DNA of 64,000 bases from an uncultured Acidobacteriota bacterium (GTDB lineage: Bacteria; Acidobacteriota; Vicinamibacteria; Vicinamibacterales; 2-12-FULL-66-21): positions 976,721 to 1,040,720 of the forward strand of contig CAVVOD010000003.1 in the NCBI GenBank assembly GCA_963749835.1. Reading direction: 5' to 3'. The position numbers and the translations under genes were made by a program. The first letter of the stretch is position 1. Each line of letters starts with the position of its first letter. This document shows positions 1-9,003 of the stretch, one piece after another. The notes under the pieces were generated by a model. The model did not search any database. It was not told the origin of the DNA and saw only the letters and a list, made by a program, of their open reading frames with translations.

Positions 1-2606
1 GGATCGATACCGAGGCCGACGACGAGCTCGCCTTTCACCTTCAGCAGGAGATTGACGCGAACATCGCACGCGGCGTCGATCCGGTCGAGGCCCGGCGCGG
101 AGCGCTCGCCAGCCTGGGAGGACTCACGCAGACGACGGAGGCGATCCGCGAGGTGCGGAGGACCTGGGTGGATGCGACGTGGCGCGACGTTCGGCACGGC
201 ATCCGGTCGCTCCGCGCCACGCCGGCGTTCACGGTCGTCGCGCTTGCGGTGTTGACACTGAGCATCGGCGCATCAACGGCGATCTTCTCCGTCGTGGACG
301 CAGTGGTCCTCCGCGGCCTGCCGTTCCCTGAAGCGGACCGACTCGTGGCCGTGGGTGAGCGGAACATCAAGGGAGGATCGGCCAGCGAACCGGACCTCGT
401 CGCGCCCCAGAATTTCACCGACTGGCGTAAGCAGCAGACGGTGTTCACCGACCTCGCAGCCATCGGGTACGCCAGCGTCAGTCTGCGGTCCGAGGCCGGC
501 CAGGAGCCGGAGACGCTCGAAGCCCAGGCGGTCACGGCCGGCTTCTTCCCGGTGCTTGGAATCGCGCCGATCCTCGGACGGACGTTCACCGCGGACAACG
601 AAGTGGAGGGACGGTCTCGCGTCGCCGTGATCAGCTACAGCCTCTGGCAGCGGCGATTCGGCGGAGCACCGGATGTGATCGGGCGTTACCTTCCGGGTCA
701 GCGTGTGGATTTCGAGATTCTCGGGGTGATGCCACCGTCGTTCGCGTATCCGGTTGGCGCAACGCGCCCCACCGAGGTGTGGCTGCCGAACGTGTTCCGG
801 CCTGAAGACCGTAAGCGTGCCAACGAGTTCTCGTATCGTCTGCAGGTCATCGGGCGCCTTCGTGACGGCACGTCAATCGAACAGGCGCAGGCGCAGATGG
901 GCCTCATCACCGCCGGACTCGCCGCGGAGACTCCGCGGTGGTTCGAGGATCGCGTGGCGAGGGTGGAGGCGCTTCGCGACTACATTGCACGCGGCGTACG
1001 CACGTGGATGCTCATGCTCCTGGCCGCCGTGGGCTTCGTCCTCTCGATCGCATGCGTCAACCTGGCCACGCTCATGCTCGTCCGCGTGAGCGCACGCAGC
1101 CGCGAGCTCGTGATTCGGTCCGCCCTCGGTGCATCACGCGGCGATCTCGTGCGGGGCCTGCTCGTGGAAAGCCTCCTCGTGTCGCTCGGTGGCGCCGTGC
1201 TCGGGGCCTTCGCTGCATGGGTGGGTGTGGAGGCACTGCGCTCCGCAATCCCGCCTGAAGTGCCTCGTGCCGCGGCCATTGCCGTCGATTTGCGCGTGCT
1301 GGCGGCGACCATCGTGATGGCGGTGGTCACCGGACTGATGGTCAGCGCGGCGCCGATCGTCCAGTTCTGGCGGCCGGCTGCCGGGTCTGCCCTCACATAC
1401 GTGATGCGAGCGAGCACGCCGAACCTGACGCACCAGTGGCTCCGGAGTGCTCTCGTCACCCTCGAGGTCGCCCTCGCCGTCGTCCTGCTCGTCGGCTCGG
1501 GGCTGTTCCTGGCAAGCTTTGCGCGCGTGGCACGCGTTGACCTCGGCATCGATACTCGGAACGTCCTGACCGTGCGCGTCCGGCCGCTCGTTGGTCCGCT
1601 GGCGATGTCCTGGGAGCAGGCGCAGCTTCGCAATCGGGGCCTCCTCCGGAACATTCTCGAGCGGGTGCGCACGATACCCGGCGTCGAGGTCGCGGCCTGG
1701 GTCAGCAACGGAGTGCCGCTTCGAGGCGACTTGCGCACGGTGGACTTCGCCATCCCTGGTCGCGCGCTGCCGCGGAACGAGGATCTCGATTGGAACGAGA
1801 TCTCACTGGACTATTTCAGAGCCTTGAAGGTGCCGCTCCTCAAAGGGAGACTCTTTTCCGACGATGACCGCGCGGGCAGTGAGCCGGTCGTGATCATCAA
1901 CGAGGCCGCGGCAAAGAAATATTTCCCCGAAGAGGATCCGCTTGGCCGGATCGTAGAGTTCGTAGGGTTGCGGAGGATCGTCGGCGTGGTCGGCAACATT
2001 CGGCACGACGGGCCGGAAACCGACTGGCGGCGGCAGGGATTCGTGCCGCTCGAGCAGAGCAAAGCCGTCGGTGCGACGCTCATCCTCCGACTGTCGCGCA
2101 ACACCAGCGAAGTCCTGCCCGCCGTGAAGTCGGCGATCTGGTCCGACTTCCCGGGGCTGGCGCTTCCCGACATTCAGACGCTGTCGCAGTACCTGAACAT
2201 GCTCATCGCTCAGCGCCGATTCAACATGCTCCTGCTCAGCGTCTTCGGCCTGCTGGGTATCGTGATCGCCTGCGTCGGCATCTACGGCGTGATGGCCTAT
2301 GTCGTGGTGCTGCGGACGCAGGAGATAGGGATCCGCATGGCGCTTGGAGCCATGCCCGGTGCCATTCTACGGTCGGTGCTGGGGAGGGCCGCGGTCTACC
2401 TCGCAGGCGGGCTCACGATCGGACTGACCGCCGCGTGGATGTTGAGCGCGCTCGTCTCCGGCCTTCTCTTCCAGATCCAGCCGCACGACCCATGGGTCTA
2501 TGTCGGCGTGGCTGCCTCGCTCGTGGCGACGGGCGTGATCGCCGCGTTCATTCCCGCGCGCCGCGCCTCGCGCGTCGATCCGCTCGTCGCCCTGCGCCTG
2601 GAGTAG
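1..2606 (+). CDS. MacB/FtsX-like ABC permease of the acidobacterial duplicated orphan permease (ADOP) type; 5' end lies outside the window
   Basis: ORF track gives 153..2606, but the same frame stays open back to nt 3 (IDTEADDELAFHLQQEIDANIARGVDPVEARRGA...). This is the helical leader typical of this family. Two FtsX-type membrane bundles. C-terminus IPARRASRVDPLVALRLE matches the other three paralogues in the window. Confidence 0.85.
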   Translation, partial: IDTEADDELAFHLQQEIDANIARGVDPVEARRGALASLGGLTQTTEAIREVRRTWVDATWRDVRHGIRSLRATPAFTVVALAVLTLSIGASTAIFSVVDAVVLRGLPFPEADRLVAVGERNIKGGSASEPDLVAPQNFTDWRKQQTVFTDLAAIGYASVSLRSEAGQEPETLEAQAVTAGFFPVLGIAPILGRTFTADNEVEGRSRVAVISYSLWQRRFGGAPDVIGRYLPGQRVDFEILGVMPPSFAYPVGATRPTEVWLPNVFRPEDRKRANEFSYRLQVIGRLRDGTSIEQAQAQMGLITAGLAAETPRWFEDRVARVEALRDYIARGVRTWMLMLLAAVGFVLSIACVNLATLMLVRVSARSRELVIRSALGASRGDLVRGLLVESLLVSLGGAVLGAFAAWVGVEALRSAIPPEVPRAAAIAVDLRVLAATIVMAVVTGLMVSAAPIVQFWRPAAGSALTYVMRASTPNLTHQWLRSALVTLEVALAVVLLVGSGLFLASFARVARVDLGIDTRNVLTVRVRPLVGPLAMSWEQAQLRNRGLLRNILERVRTIPGVEVAAWVSNGVPLRGDLRTVDFAIPGRALPRNEDLDWNEISLDYFRALKVPLLKGRLFSDDDRAGSEPVVIINEAAAKKYFPEEDPLGRIVEFVGLRRIVGVVGNIRHDGPETDWRRQGFVPLEQSKAVGATLILRLSRNTSEVLPAVKSAIWSDFPGLALPDIQTLSQYLNMLIAQRRFNMLLLSVFGLLGIVIACVGIYGVMAYVVVLRTQEIGIRMALGAMPGAILRSVLGRAAVYLAGGLTIGLTAAWMLSALVSGLLFQIQPHDPWVYVGVAASLVATGVIAAFIPARRASRVDPLVALRLE

Positions 2607-2618
2607 CCCTGGAAAGTC

Positions 2619-4925
2619 CTACTGCGTCGAACGCGTCCTCGAGAGCAGCGGACCGAATGCGGGTGGCGGCACCCGATGATGCGTGGCCGATTCGTACGCC
2701 GATGCCGCTTTGATCACGCTGGCGTCACTGCCCGGCCCTGACCAGAACATCATGCTGATCGGCATCGGATTGGGCAGCCTCGACTCCACCTGCCCCGTCA
2801 CCATGACGTAAGCCTTCTTGTCCGGCGAGAGGACGTACTGCGGGTCATACGTGATCTGGGTGTAGCCGGCGGGCACGTCCATCTCGGGCCCGCCCAGCAG
2901 GGCCGTGAACGCCGTGCAGCAACTGATCGTCGGGCGATCGTTCACCGGGGGCTCGCCGGCATATCCCAGCTTGTACGGCGCCGTCGTCTGCTCCGGGTTG
3001 ACGAAGACGTCGATGTTGTTCTCGTACATCACCTTGAGAATCACCATCCGCAGAACCGACTGCATCTTCATGTAACTGACGCTGTCGGGATCCGCCCGCG
3101 GATCCTGATCCGCGATGGCGTTCGTGGCGGCGGCCCGCTGCGCCTCGCTCTCCCACTTCGCGTGCGCTACCCAGGTGGCCCAATCCTTCACGCGGGTGTC
3201 GCCTCGTTCGGCGAGGTACTTGTTGACCGCAAACGGACTGCGCGGATTCCCGAGGCGGCTGCTGATGCGCCGCAGCGTGATCTTCTCGGACAGAGGCGCT
3301 TTCCCCAGCGCCAGCGCGACGGCATAGTCCACCGAGGTGACGTCCCACCCCGGGACGGCGAATTCGAGCTCACCGGAAGGGGTCTTCTGCCAGAAGTACT
3401 CCGGTACGTTGTGCGGCAGGATCTCGGCGAACGCCTGCTGGAACGTGTACTTCATGTTCGGCACCGCCGGGTCGTCCTTGTACAGCGGGTCCACCGACTC
3501 GACGAGCTCCGCGCCGAGCTTGTCCCGCAGGACGGCCTTGATCTCCTTGTCGATCTGGTCGCTGATCGCGGTGTCGTTCCTCGTGTGCTTCACCATGAAC
3601 TCACGGGCGATGCCGACACGCATGCCCTTGAGCGGCATGTTCTTCACGTCCTTGTTCCCCACGACAAAGCTCGCGTAGGGCTCCTTCGGAATCAGTGACT
3701 TTGGAATCGCGGTGAACATGTCCGCGGATTCGTAGCCCTTGATCGCATCCAGGACCGAGACCGCATCCATGACCGTGCGGCAGTGAAGACCGGCCCTGTC
3801 GCCAGCCCCTTTGCCGGTCTCGCCACCGTCCATCAGGATCCCCTTGGTCGTCAGCAGATTGACGACGTTGTTCCTGGACGCCGGCCCCTTGCAGGACGCG
3901 GAGCTCTGCTCACAGACCGAGCAGGCCACCAGGTTGGCGGCGACGGAGACGCCGGATCCGTTGCTGGTGCCGCGCGGCACCCGTTCCGTGTCGTACGGAT
4001 TGCACGTCTGGCCGCCCCACAGTCCGTACATCAGATTGCCGTCGGGCAGTACCGACGTCGCTTTCGCCGGACCGGTGGACGTGGGACCGCCGATAGCGTT
4101 GGCGGTCGCGACCGCGTAGATGATGGCGCCTTTCTTTCGCAGCTCTGCGACATCGGGCGAATCGACCTTCGGGACGTCCATCGCGAAGTTGACGTCGTTG
4201 CCGCCGGTGGCGCGCATGTCCTTCGCGTCGTACCAGTTCTTGATCGAGAAGACGGTGCAGTACATCGGCAGCTTTGCCAGATCGGGTTTGGTGCCGTACT
4301 GCTTGTCGAGCTCCGCCGCGCGTTCGAGTGCGTCGGGCTGCTTCCGGAACTCCTCACACACCGCCGGCGCACCCGCAGGCAGCGGCCCTGCGGAGGGGGC
4401 CTTGTCGAAGTCCCCCTTGCAGGTGACCGATCGCTCGCCGCGGATGTTGAGCGTCTCGAGCGCGTTCACCTGACCGGCGTTCGGGATGCCGACCCGCATG
4501 CCGAACTGCTGCTGCACGCCGGGGTCCGAGATCATCGGTTCCATCCGGCCAAGCTCGAGCGGCGGTCCGGAGTAGTCGCGATAGTTGGGAAACACGCTCG
4601 ACACAGGCACGGTCTTCGTGGGGAACGTGATCCCGAAACCGGCGCGCACCGCCCCGGTCGCTTCAGGAATCGGCGCGCCATCGGCCGTGACGAGCGCGGT
4701 GCACGTGCCGTTGTAGGCCTTCGCCCGGTCGATATACGCCTGGACCACGCCCTGACAGGTCGCCTGGCCGGACGTGATGGCGTTGTGTACGTCCGCGATC
4801 GTGCTTTCCTCGACGCGAAACCGGCCCTGTGCCGACGTCCCACGTACGAGCAGCGCGAGCACGGCGACGGACACCATCAATGCCGAGCCGTACCTCATCC
4901 CTCGAGTCTTTGCTGTCGTTGTCAT
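2619..4925 (-). CDS. Secreted divergent amidase-signature family protein, long form (paralogue A)
   Basis: 768-aa ORF with signal peptide (ALMVSVAVLALLVRGTSAQG). Aligns by eye to the canonical amidase at 7255..8871. Lys region is FSIKNWYD vs VVLKDQMD. cis-Ser region is RGTSNGSGVSVAA vs GGSSGGTGAAVSA. Nucleophile region is EQSSASCKGPASRN vs QEGFASIRRPSTWN. Extra ~160-aa Cys-containing insertion and a long C-terminal extension. Confidence 0.8.
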   Translation of the reverse strand: MTTTAKTRGMRYGSALMVSVAVLALLVRGTSAQGRFRVEESTIADVHNAITSGQATCQGVVQAYIDRAKAYNGTCTALVTADGAPIPEATGAVRAGFGITFPTKTVPVSSVFPNYRDYSGPPLELGRMEPMISDPGVQQQFGMRVGIPNAGQVNALETLNIRGERSVTCKGDFDKAPSAGPLPAGAPAVCEEFRKQPDALERAAELDKQYGTKPDLAKLPMYCTVFSIKNWYDAKDMRATGGNDVNFAMDVPKVDSPDVAELRKKGAIIYAVATANAIGGPTSTGPAKATSVLPDGNLMYGLWGGQTCNPYDTERVPRGTSNGSGVSVAANLVACSVCEQSSASCKGPASRNNVVNLLTTKGILMDGGETGKGAGDRAGLHCRTVMDAVSVLDAIKGYESADMFTAIPKSLIPKEPYASFVVGNKDVKNMPLKGMRVGIAREFMVKHTRNDTAISDQIDKEIKAVLRDKLGAELVESVDPLYKDDPAVPNMKYTFQQAFAEILPHNVPEYFWQKTPSGELEFAVPGWDVTSVDYAVALALGKAPLSEKITLRRISSRLGNPRSPFAVNKYLAERGDTRVKDWATWVAHAKWESEAQRAAATNAIADQDPRADPDSVSYMKMQSVLRMVILKVMYENNIDVFVNPEQTTAPYKLGYAGEPPVNDRPTISCCTAFTALLGGPEMDVPAGYTQITYDPQYVLSPDKKAYVMVTGQVESRLPNPMPISMMFWSGPGSDASVIKAASAYESATHHRVPPPAFGPLLSRTRSTQ

Positions 4926-4936
4926 CGTAAGGTGCC

Positions 4937-7243
4937 CTACTGGGTTGAACGCGTTCTGGCGAGCAGCGGACCGAATGCCGGCGGTGGCACCCGGTGATGC
5001 GTGGCCGATTCGTACGCCGATGCCGCTTTGATCACGCTGGAATCACTGCCCGGTCCTGACCAGAACATCATGCTGATCGGCATCGGGTTGGGCATGCGTG
5101 ACTCGACGTCCCCGGTGACCTCGAGGTAGGTCTTCTTGTCGGGCGACAACGCATACTGCGGGTCGTAGCTGATCTGCGTATAGCCGGCGGGCACGTCCAT
5201 CTCCGGCCCGCCCAGCAGGGCCGTGAAGGCCGTGCAGCAGCTGATCGTGGGACGGTCGTTTACTTCCGGCTCGCCGGCGAATCCCAGCTTGTAGGGGGCC
5301 GTCGTCTGCTCCGGGTTGACGAAGACGTCGATGCTGTTCTCATACATCACCTTGAGAATCACCATTCGCAGAACCGCCTGCATCTTGAGGTAGCTGACGG
5401 TATCCGGTTCCGCGCGCGGATCCTTGTCGGCAATCGCGTTCTCGGCGCCGGCGCGCTGCGTGTCGTTCTCCCATTTCGTGTTCGCCACGAAGCTTGCCCA
5501 GTCCTTGACCCGCGAGTCTCCGCGTTCGGCGAGGTACTTGTTGAGCACGAACGGGCTTCGCGGGTTCCCCAGGCGGCCGCTGATGCGTCGCAGCGTGAGC
5601 TTCTCTGACAGGGGCGCCTTCCCCATCGCCAGCGCGACGGCATAGTCAACAGAGGTCACGTCCCACCCGGGGACGGCGAACTCGAGCTGGCCGGAGGGCG
5701 TCTTCTGCCAGAAGTACTCCGGCACGTTGTGCGGCAGGATCTCGGCAAACGCCTGCTGGAACGTGTATTTCATGTTGGGGACTGTCGGGTCGTCCTTGTA
5801 CATCGGGTCCACCGACTCGACGAGCTCGGCGCCGAGCTTGTCCCGCAGCACGGCCTTGATCTCTTTGTCGATCTGGTCGCTGATCGCGATGTCGTTCTTC
5901 GTGTGCTTCACCATGAACTCGCGGGCGATGGCGACGCGCATGCCCTTGAGCGGCATGTTCTTCACGTCTTTGTCAGCGACGAGCACGCTGGCAAAAGGCT
6001 CTTGCGGAATCAGCGACTTCGGGATGGCGGTGAACATGTCACCGGACTCGTAGCCTTTGATGGCATCGAGCACCTGCACGGCGTCCGGGACCGTGCGGCA
6101 GTGAATCCCGGCCCGATCGCCGGCATTCTTGCTGCCGACGCCGCCGTCCATGATCAGCCCCTTGGTGGTGAGGAGGTTGACGACGCCGTTACGGGACGCG
6201 GGTCCCTTGCAGGACGCGGAACCTTGTTCGCAGATGGAGCACGATGCCAGGCTGGCCGCGACCGACACGCCAGACCCGCCACTCGTGCCTCTCGGCTCCC
6301 GAACGGTATCGTACGGATTGCAGGCCTGGCCCCCCCACTGCGCGTATTTGAGATTGCCGAACGGCATCACGGTCTTCGCCTTGGCAGGTCCGGTCGACGA
6401 TGGGCCGCCGACGTTGTCGGCTGTGGCGATCGCGTAGATGATCGCCCCCTTCTTCCGCAGCTCGGCGATGTCTGGCGAATCGACCTTCGGCACGTCCATC
6501 GCGTAGTTGACGTCGTTGCCCCCGGTGCCGCGCATGTCCTTCGCGTCGTACCAGTTCTTCAGCGAGAAGACGGTGCAGTACATCGGCAGCTTCGCCAGAT
6601 CGGGCTTGCTGCCGTACTGCTTGTCCAGTTCCGCGGCGCGTTCGAGTGCGTCCGGCTGCTTCCGGAATTCCTCGCACACCGCCGGTGCCCCCGCGGGCAG
6701 CGGCCCGGCGGACGGCGCCTTGTCGAACTCTCCCTTGCAGGTGACCGATCGCTCCCCGCGGATGTTGAGGGTTTCCAGCGCATTCAGCTGCCCGGCGTTC
6801 GGGACCCCGACGCGCATGCCGTACTGCTGCTGCACGGTGGGATCCGAGATCGTCGGCTCCATCCGGCCGAGCTCGAACGGCAGTCCGGCGTACTCGCGAT
6901 AGTTCGGGAACACGCTCGACACCGGCACTGTCGCCGTGGGGAACGTCATCTTCGAACCTGCACGGACAGCACCTGTCGCCGCAGGTATCGGCGCGCCATC
7001 CGCGGTCACGAGTGCCGTGCACGTGCCGTTGTAGGCCTTCGCCCGGTCGACATACGCCTGGACCACGGCCTGGCACGTGGTCTGTCCGGACTTGATGGCG
7101 TTCTGCACGCCGGCAATCGTGGTTTCCTCGACACGGAACGGGCCCTGCGCCGACGCGCCGCGCGGCAGGGACACGAGTCCCGCGACCGAGACCGCCAACC
7201 CCGCCAGTGCCCAATGGCGTCGAATCATCGTGATGGTCATCAT
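4937..7243 (-). CDS. Secreted divergent amidase-signature family protein, long form (paralogue B)
   Basis: 768-aa ORF, collinear with 2619..4925 and roughly 85% identical by eye. Signal peptide LAGLAVSVAGLVSLPRGASAQG. Motifs FSLKNWYD, RGTSGGSGVSVAA, EQGSASCKGPASRN. Confidence 0.8.
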   Translation of the reverse strand: MMTITMIRRHWALAGLAVSVAGLVSLPRGASAQGPFRVEETTIAGVQNAIKSGQTTCQAVVQAYVDRAKAYNGTCTALVTADGAPIPAATGAVRAGSKMTFPTATVPVSSVFPNYREYAGLPFELGRMEPTISDPTVQQQYGMRVGVPNAGQLNALETLNIRGERSVTCKGEFDKAPSAGPLPAGAPAVCEEFRKQPDALERAAELDKQYGSKPDLAKLPMYCTVFSLKNWYDAKDMRGTGGNDVNYAMDVPKVDSPDIAELRKKGAIIYAIATADNVGGPSSTGPAKAKTVMPFGNLKYAQWGGQACNPYDTVREPRGTSGGSGVSVAASLASCSICEQGSASCKGPASRNGVVNLLTTKGLIMDGGVGSKNAGDRAGIHCRTVPDAVQVLDAIKGYESGDMFTAIPKSLIPQEPFASVLVADKDVKNMPLKGMRVAIAREFMVKHTKNDIAISDQIDKEIKAVLRDKLGAELVESVDPMYKDDPTVPNMKYTFQQAFAEILPHNVPEYFWQKTPSGQLEFAVPGWDVTSVDYAVALAMGKAPLSEKLTLRRISGRLGNPRSPFVLNKYLAERGDSRVKDWASFVANTKWENDTQRAGAENAIADKDPRAEPDTVSYLKMQAVLRMVILKVMYENSIDVFVNPEQTTAPYKLGFAGEPEVNDRPTISCCTAFTALLGGPEMDVPAGYTQISYDPQYALSPDKKTYLEVTGDVESRMPNPMPISMMFWSGPGSDSSVIKAASAYESATHHRVPPPAFGPLLARTRSTQ

Positions 7244-7254
7244 GAACGTCCGTT

Positions 7255-8871
7255 CTACTGGATGCTGGCGGTGTTTGCCGACGTCAACGGCGGCGTGGTC
7301 TTTGGCGGACGGCGGTGCTTCGTGGCCTGCTCGTACGCATACGCCAGCTTGATCATCGTCGGCTCGCTGTACGGCCTGCCGAAGAACGTGATGCCGACGG
7401 GGAGTCCCTGGGGCGTGAAACCGGCAGGCACGACCATCGAGGCGACGTAAACCAGGAACGTGTTGAGGTGAGGCGCTCCCTTCTGGTTGGTGTAGGGAGG
7501 ATTGATCCCGTCGCGAATCAGCGTGGGCGTGTGCTCCACGGCCTTGTGGACTATCGCATCGAGCTTGTGGTCCGCCATGACTTTCATCACCGCGATCATC
7601 AGCTCGTCACGGGCGACGAGCTCAGACGGTCCTTCCGTCGGCTGTCTGTCCGAGGGACGCCTCATGATCTTTCCGTAGTCGGGAGAGTTGCGCACGTCGG
7701 CCATGGTCTTGAACTTCGACGTGGGGTTTCTCGCGAAGTAGACGGCCGCTCCGTCGCCCGCGCCTTCGCCGCCGCCGGTCCCGCGCCTCGCCAGCAGCTC
7801 GTTCAGGCGGGGAATCACAATCGGATCGACGATCACGGCCCCGGCCGTCTTCAGTTCGCCGACCGCCTTGTCGAAGACGGCGGTGACAGTCTTGAAGTCC
7901 TCGGAGTCTGGCTCGGTCGTGTACCCCATGGGTTCACGCAGAATCCCAATCCGCGCCCCCTTGAGTCCGTTCTTGTCGAGCGACTTCGTGTAGGTGTCCG
8001 GGATGTGCCCCACGCCGAGTGCCGTCACCGGGTCATCGGGGTCGTACCCGACCATGACGTCGAGCAGCCTGGCCATGTCCGTGACCGTCCGGGTCATCGG
8101 CCCGAGCGAGCCGCGGCGCGACGGCCAGCCGGCCCACACGCCCGAGCGGCTGACGAGGCCCGGCGTCGGACGCATGCCGACGATGCTGTTCCAGGTGGAG
8201 GGGCGTCGAATCGAGGCGAATCCCTCCTGCCCGACGCCGATGGTCGCGAAGTTCGCCGACACCGCGGCGCCGGTGCCACCCGACGAACCGCCGACGGTCC
8301 GCTCCGGGTCGTACGGGTTACGGCTGACGCCGAAGAGCGACCCATAGGAGTCGCCGCCGCCCATCTCGCCCAGCGTGACTTTCGCGAGAACGATGGCTCC
8401 CGCCTTTTTGAGCTTGTCGGTGACGAAGGCGTCGCGCACGGGGACGTTGTCCTTCATCACGACCAATCCGAGCGTCGTGGGAATGCCCGCGACGTCCATC
8501 TGGTCCTTGAGGACAACCGGAATGCCATGCAGCGGCCCGACGGGTCCGGATCGCTTGTAGGCCTCGTCCAGCGCCCCGGCTTCGTCCAGTGCTTTCGGAT
8601 TGATGGTGATGACCGAGTTGATCTTCGGGCCGTTCGTGTCGTACGCCTCGATGCGATTGAGATAGGCGCGGACCAGCGCCCGAGACGTCAACCGGCCGGC
8701 CTTGAACTCGGCCTGGACGTCCTCGATCGTCGCATCCACCAGCTCGAAGGGCTTCTGCTGCGCCTCGACCGCCGGCCCACGCCTGACGCCAAGTGCGGCG
8801 CAGAACGCCAGTACGCCCAGGGCCGTCCATATCCGGGCGCTCGTGACGCCGGTCATTCGCTGCTTTGTCAC
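7255..8871 (-). CDS. Secreted amidase (canonical amidase-signature enzyme)
   Basis: ORF track gives 7255..8994, but its first ~40 codons just translate the heptamer repeat (MLRATCYVLRAT...). A GTG at 8871 lies 7 nt after AAGGAGA and gives signal peptide (M)TKQRMTGVTSARIWTALGVLAFCAALG. Classic signature GGSSGGTGAAVSANFATIGVGQEGFASIRRPS and catalytic Lys context IPVVLKDQ. Confidence 0.85.
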   Translation of the reverse strand: MTKQRMTGVTSARIWTALGVLAFCAALGVRRGPAVEAQQKPFELVDATIEDVQAEFKAGRLTSRALVRAYLNRIEAYDTNGPKINSVITINPKALDEAGALDEAYKRSGPVGPLHGIPVVLKDQMDVAGIPTTLGLVVMKDNVPVRDAFVTDKLKKAGAIVLAKVTLGEMGGGDSYGSLFGVSRNPYDPERTVGGSSGGTGAAVSANFATIGVGQEGFASIRRPSTWNSIVGMRPTPGLVSRSGVWAGWPSRRGSLGPMTRTVTDMARLLDVMVGYDPDDPVTALGVGHIPDTYTKSLDKNGLKGARIGILREPMGYTTEPDSEDFKTVTAVFDKAVGELKTAGAVIVDPIVIPRLNELLARRGTGGGEGAGDGAAVYFARNPTSKFKTMADVRNSPDYGKIMRRPSDRQPTEGPSELVARDELMIAVMKVMADHKLDAIVHKAVEHTPTLIRDGINPPYTNQKGAPHLNTFLVYVASMVVPAGFTPQGLPVGITFFGRPYSEPTMIKLAYAYEQATKHRRPPKTTPPLTSANTASIQ

Positions 8872-8933
8872 AGGGTCATCTCCTTGAAATTTCTCAACCG
8901 ACGAACACGAACCACCCAGCACATCGCACTCAT

Positions 8934-8998
8934 CACGTCGCACGTCGCACGTCGCACGGGTAGCACGTAGCACGTAGCACGTAGCACGTAGCACGTAG
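8934..8998. repeat. Tandem heptanucleotide array (CACGTCG)x3 then (CACGTAG)x5
   Basis: Read directly: cacgtcg cacgtcg cacgtcg cacgggtag cacgtag x5. Lies between the TBDR stop (9004) and the amidase start. Confidence 0.95.
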
Positions 8999-9003
8999 TT
9001 GGG

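Noticed and set aside
3783-7450. Long plus-strand ORFs (404 aa at 3783..4997, 573 aa at 5729..7450) opposite the amidase genes
   Set aside because: They are Arg/Gly/Asp-rich with no motif content and lie antisense to ORFs with clear amidase motifs. Long open antisense frames are expected in GC-rich coding DNA.
8872-8994. N-terminal ORF extensions reading ATCYVLRATCYVLR (also in plus-strand ORFs at 59682..60316)
   Set aside because: These are direct translations of the heptamer arrays. A better start with a Shine-Dalgarno sequence and signal peptide exists downstream.
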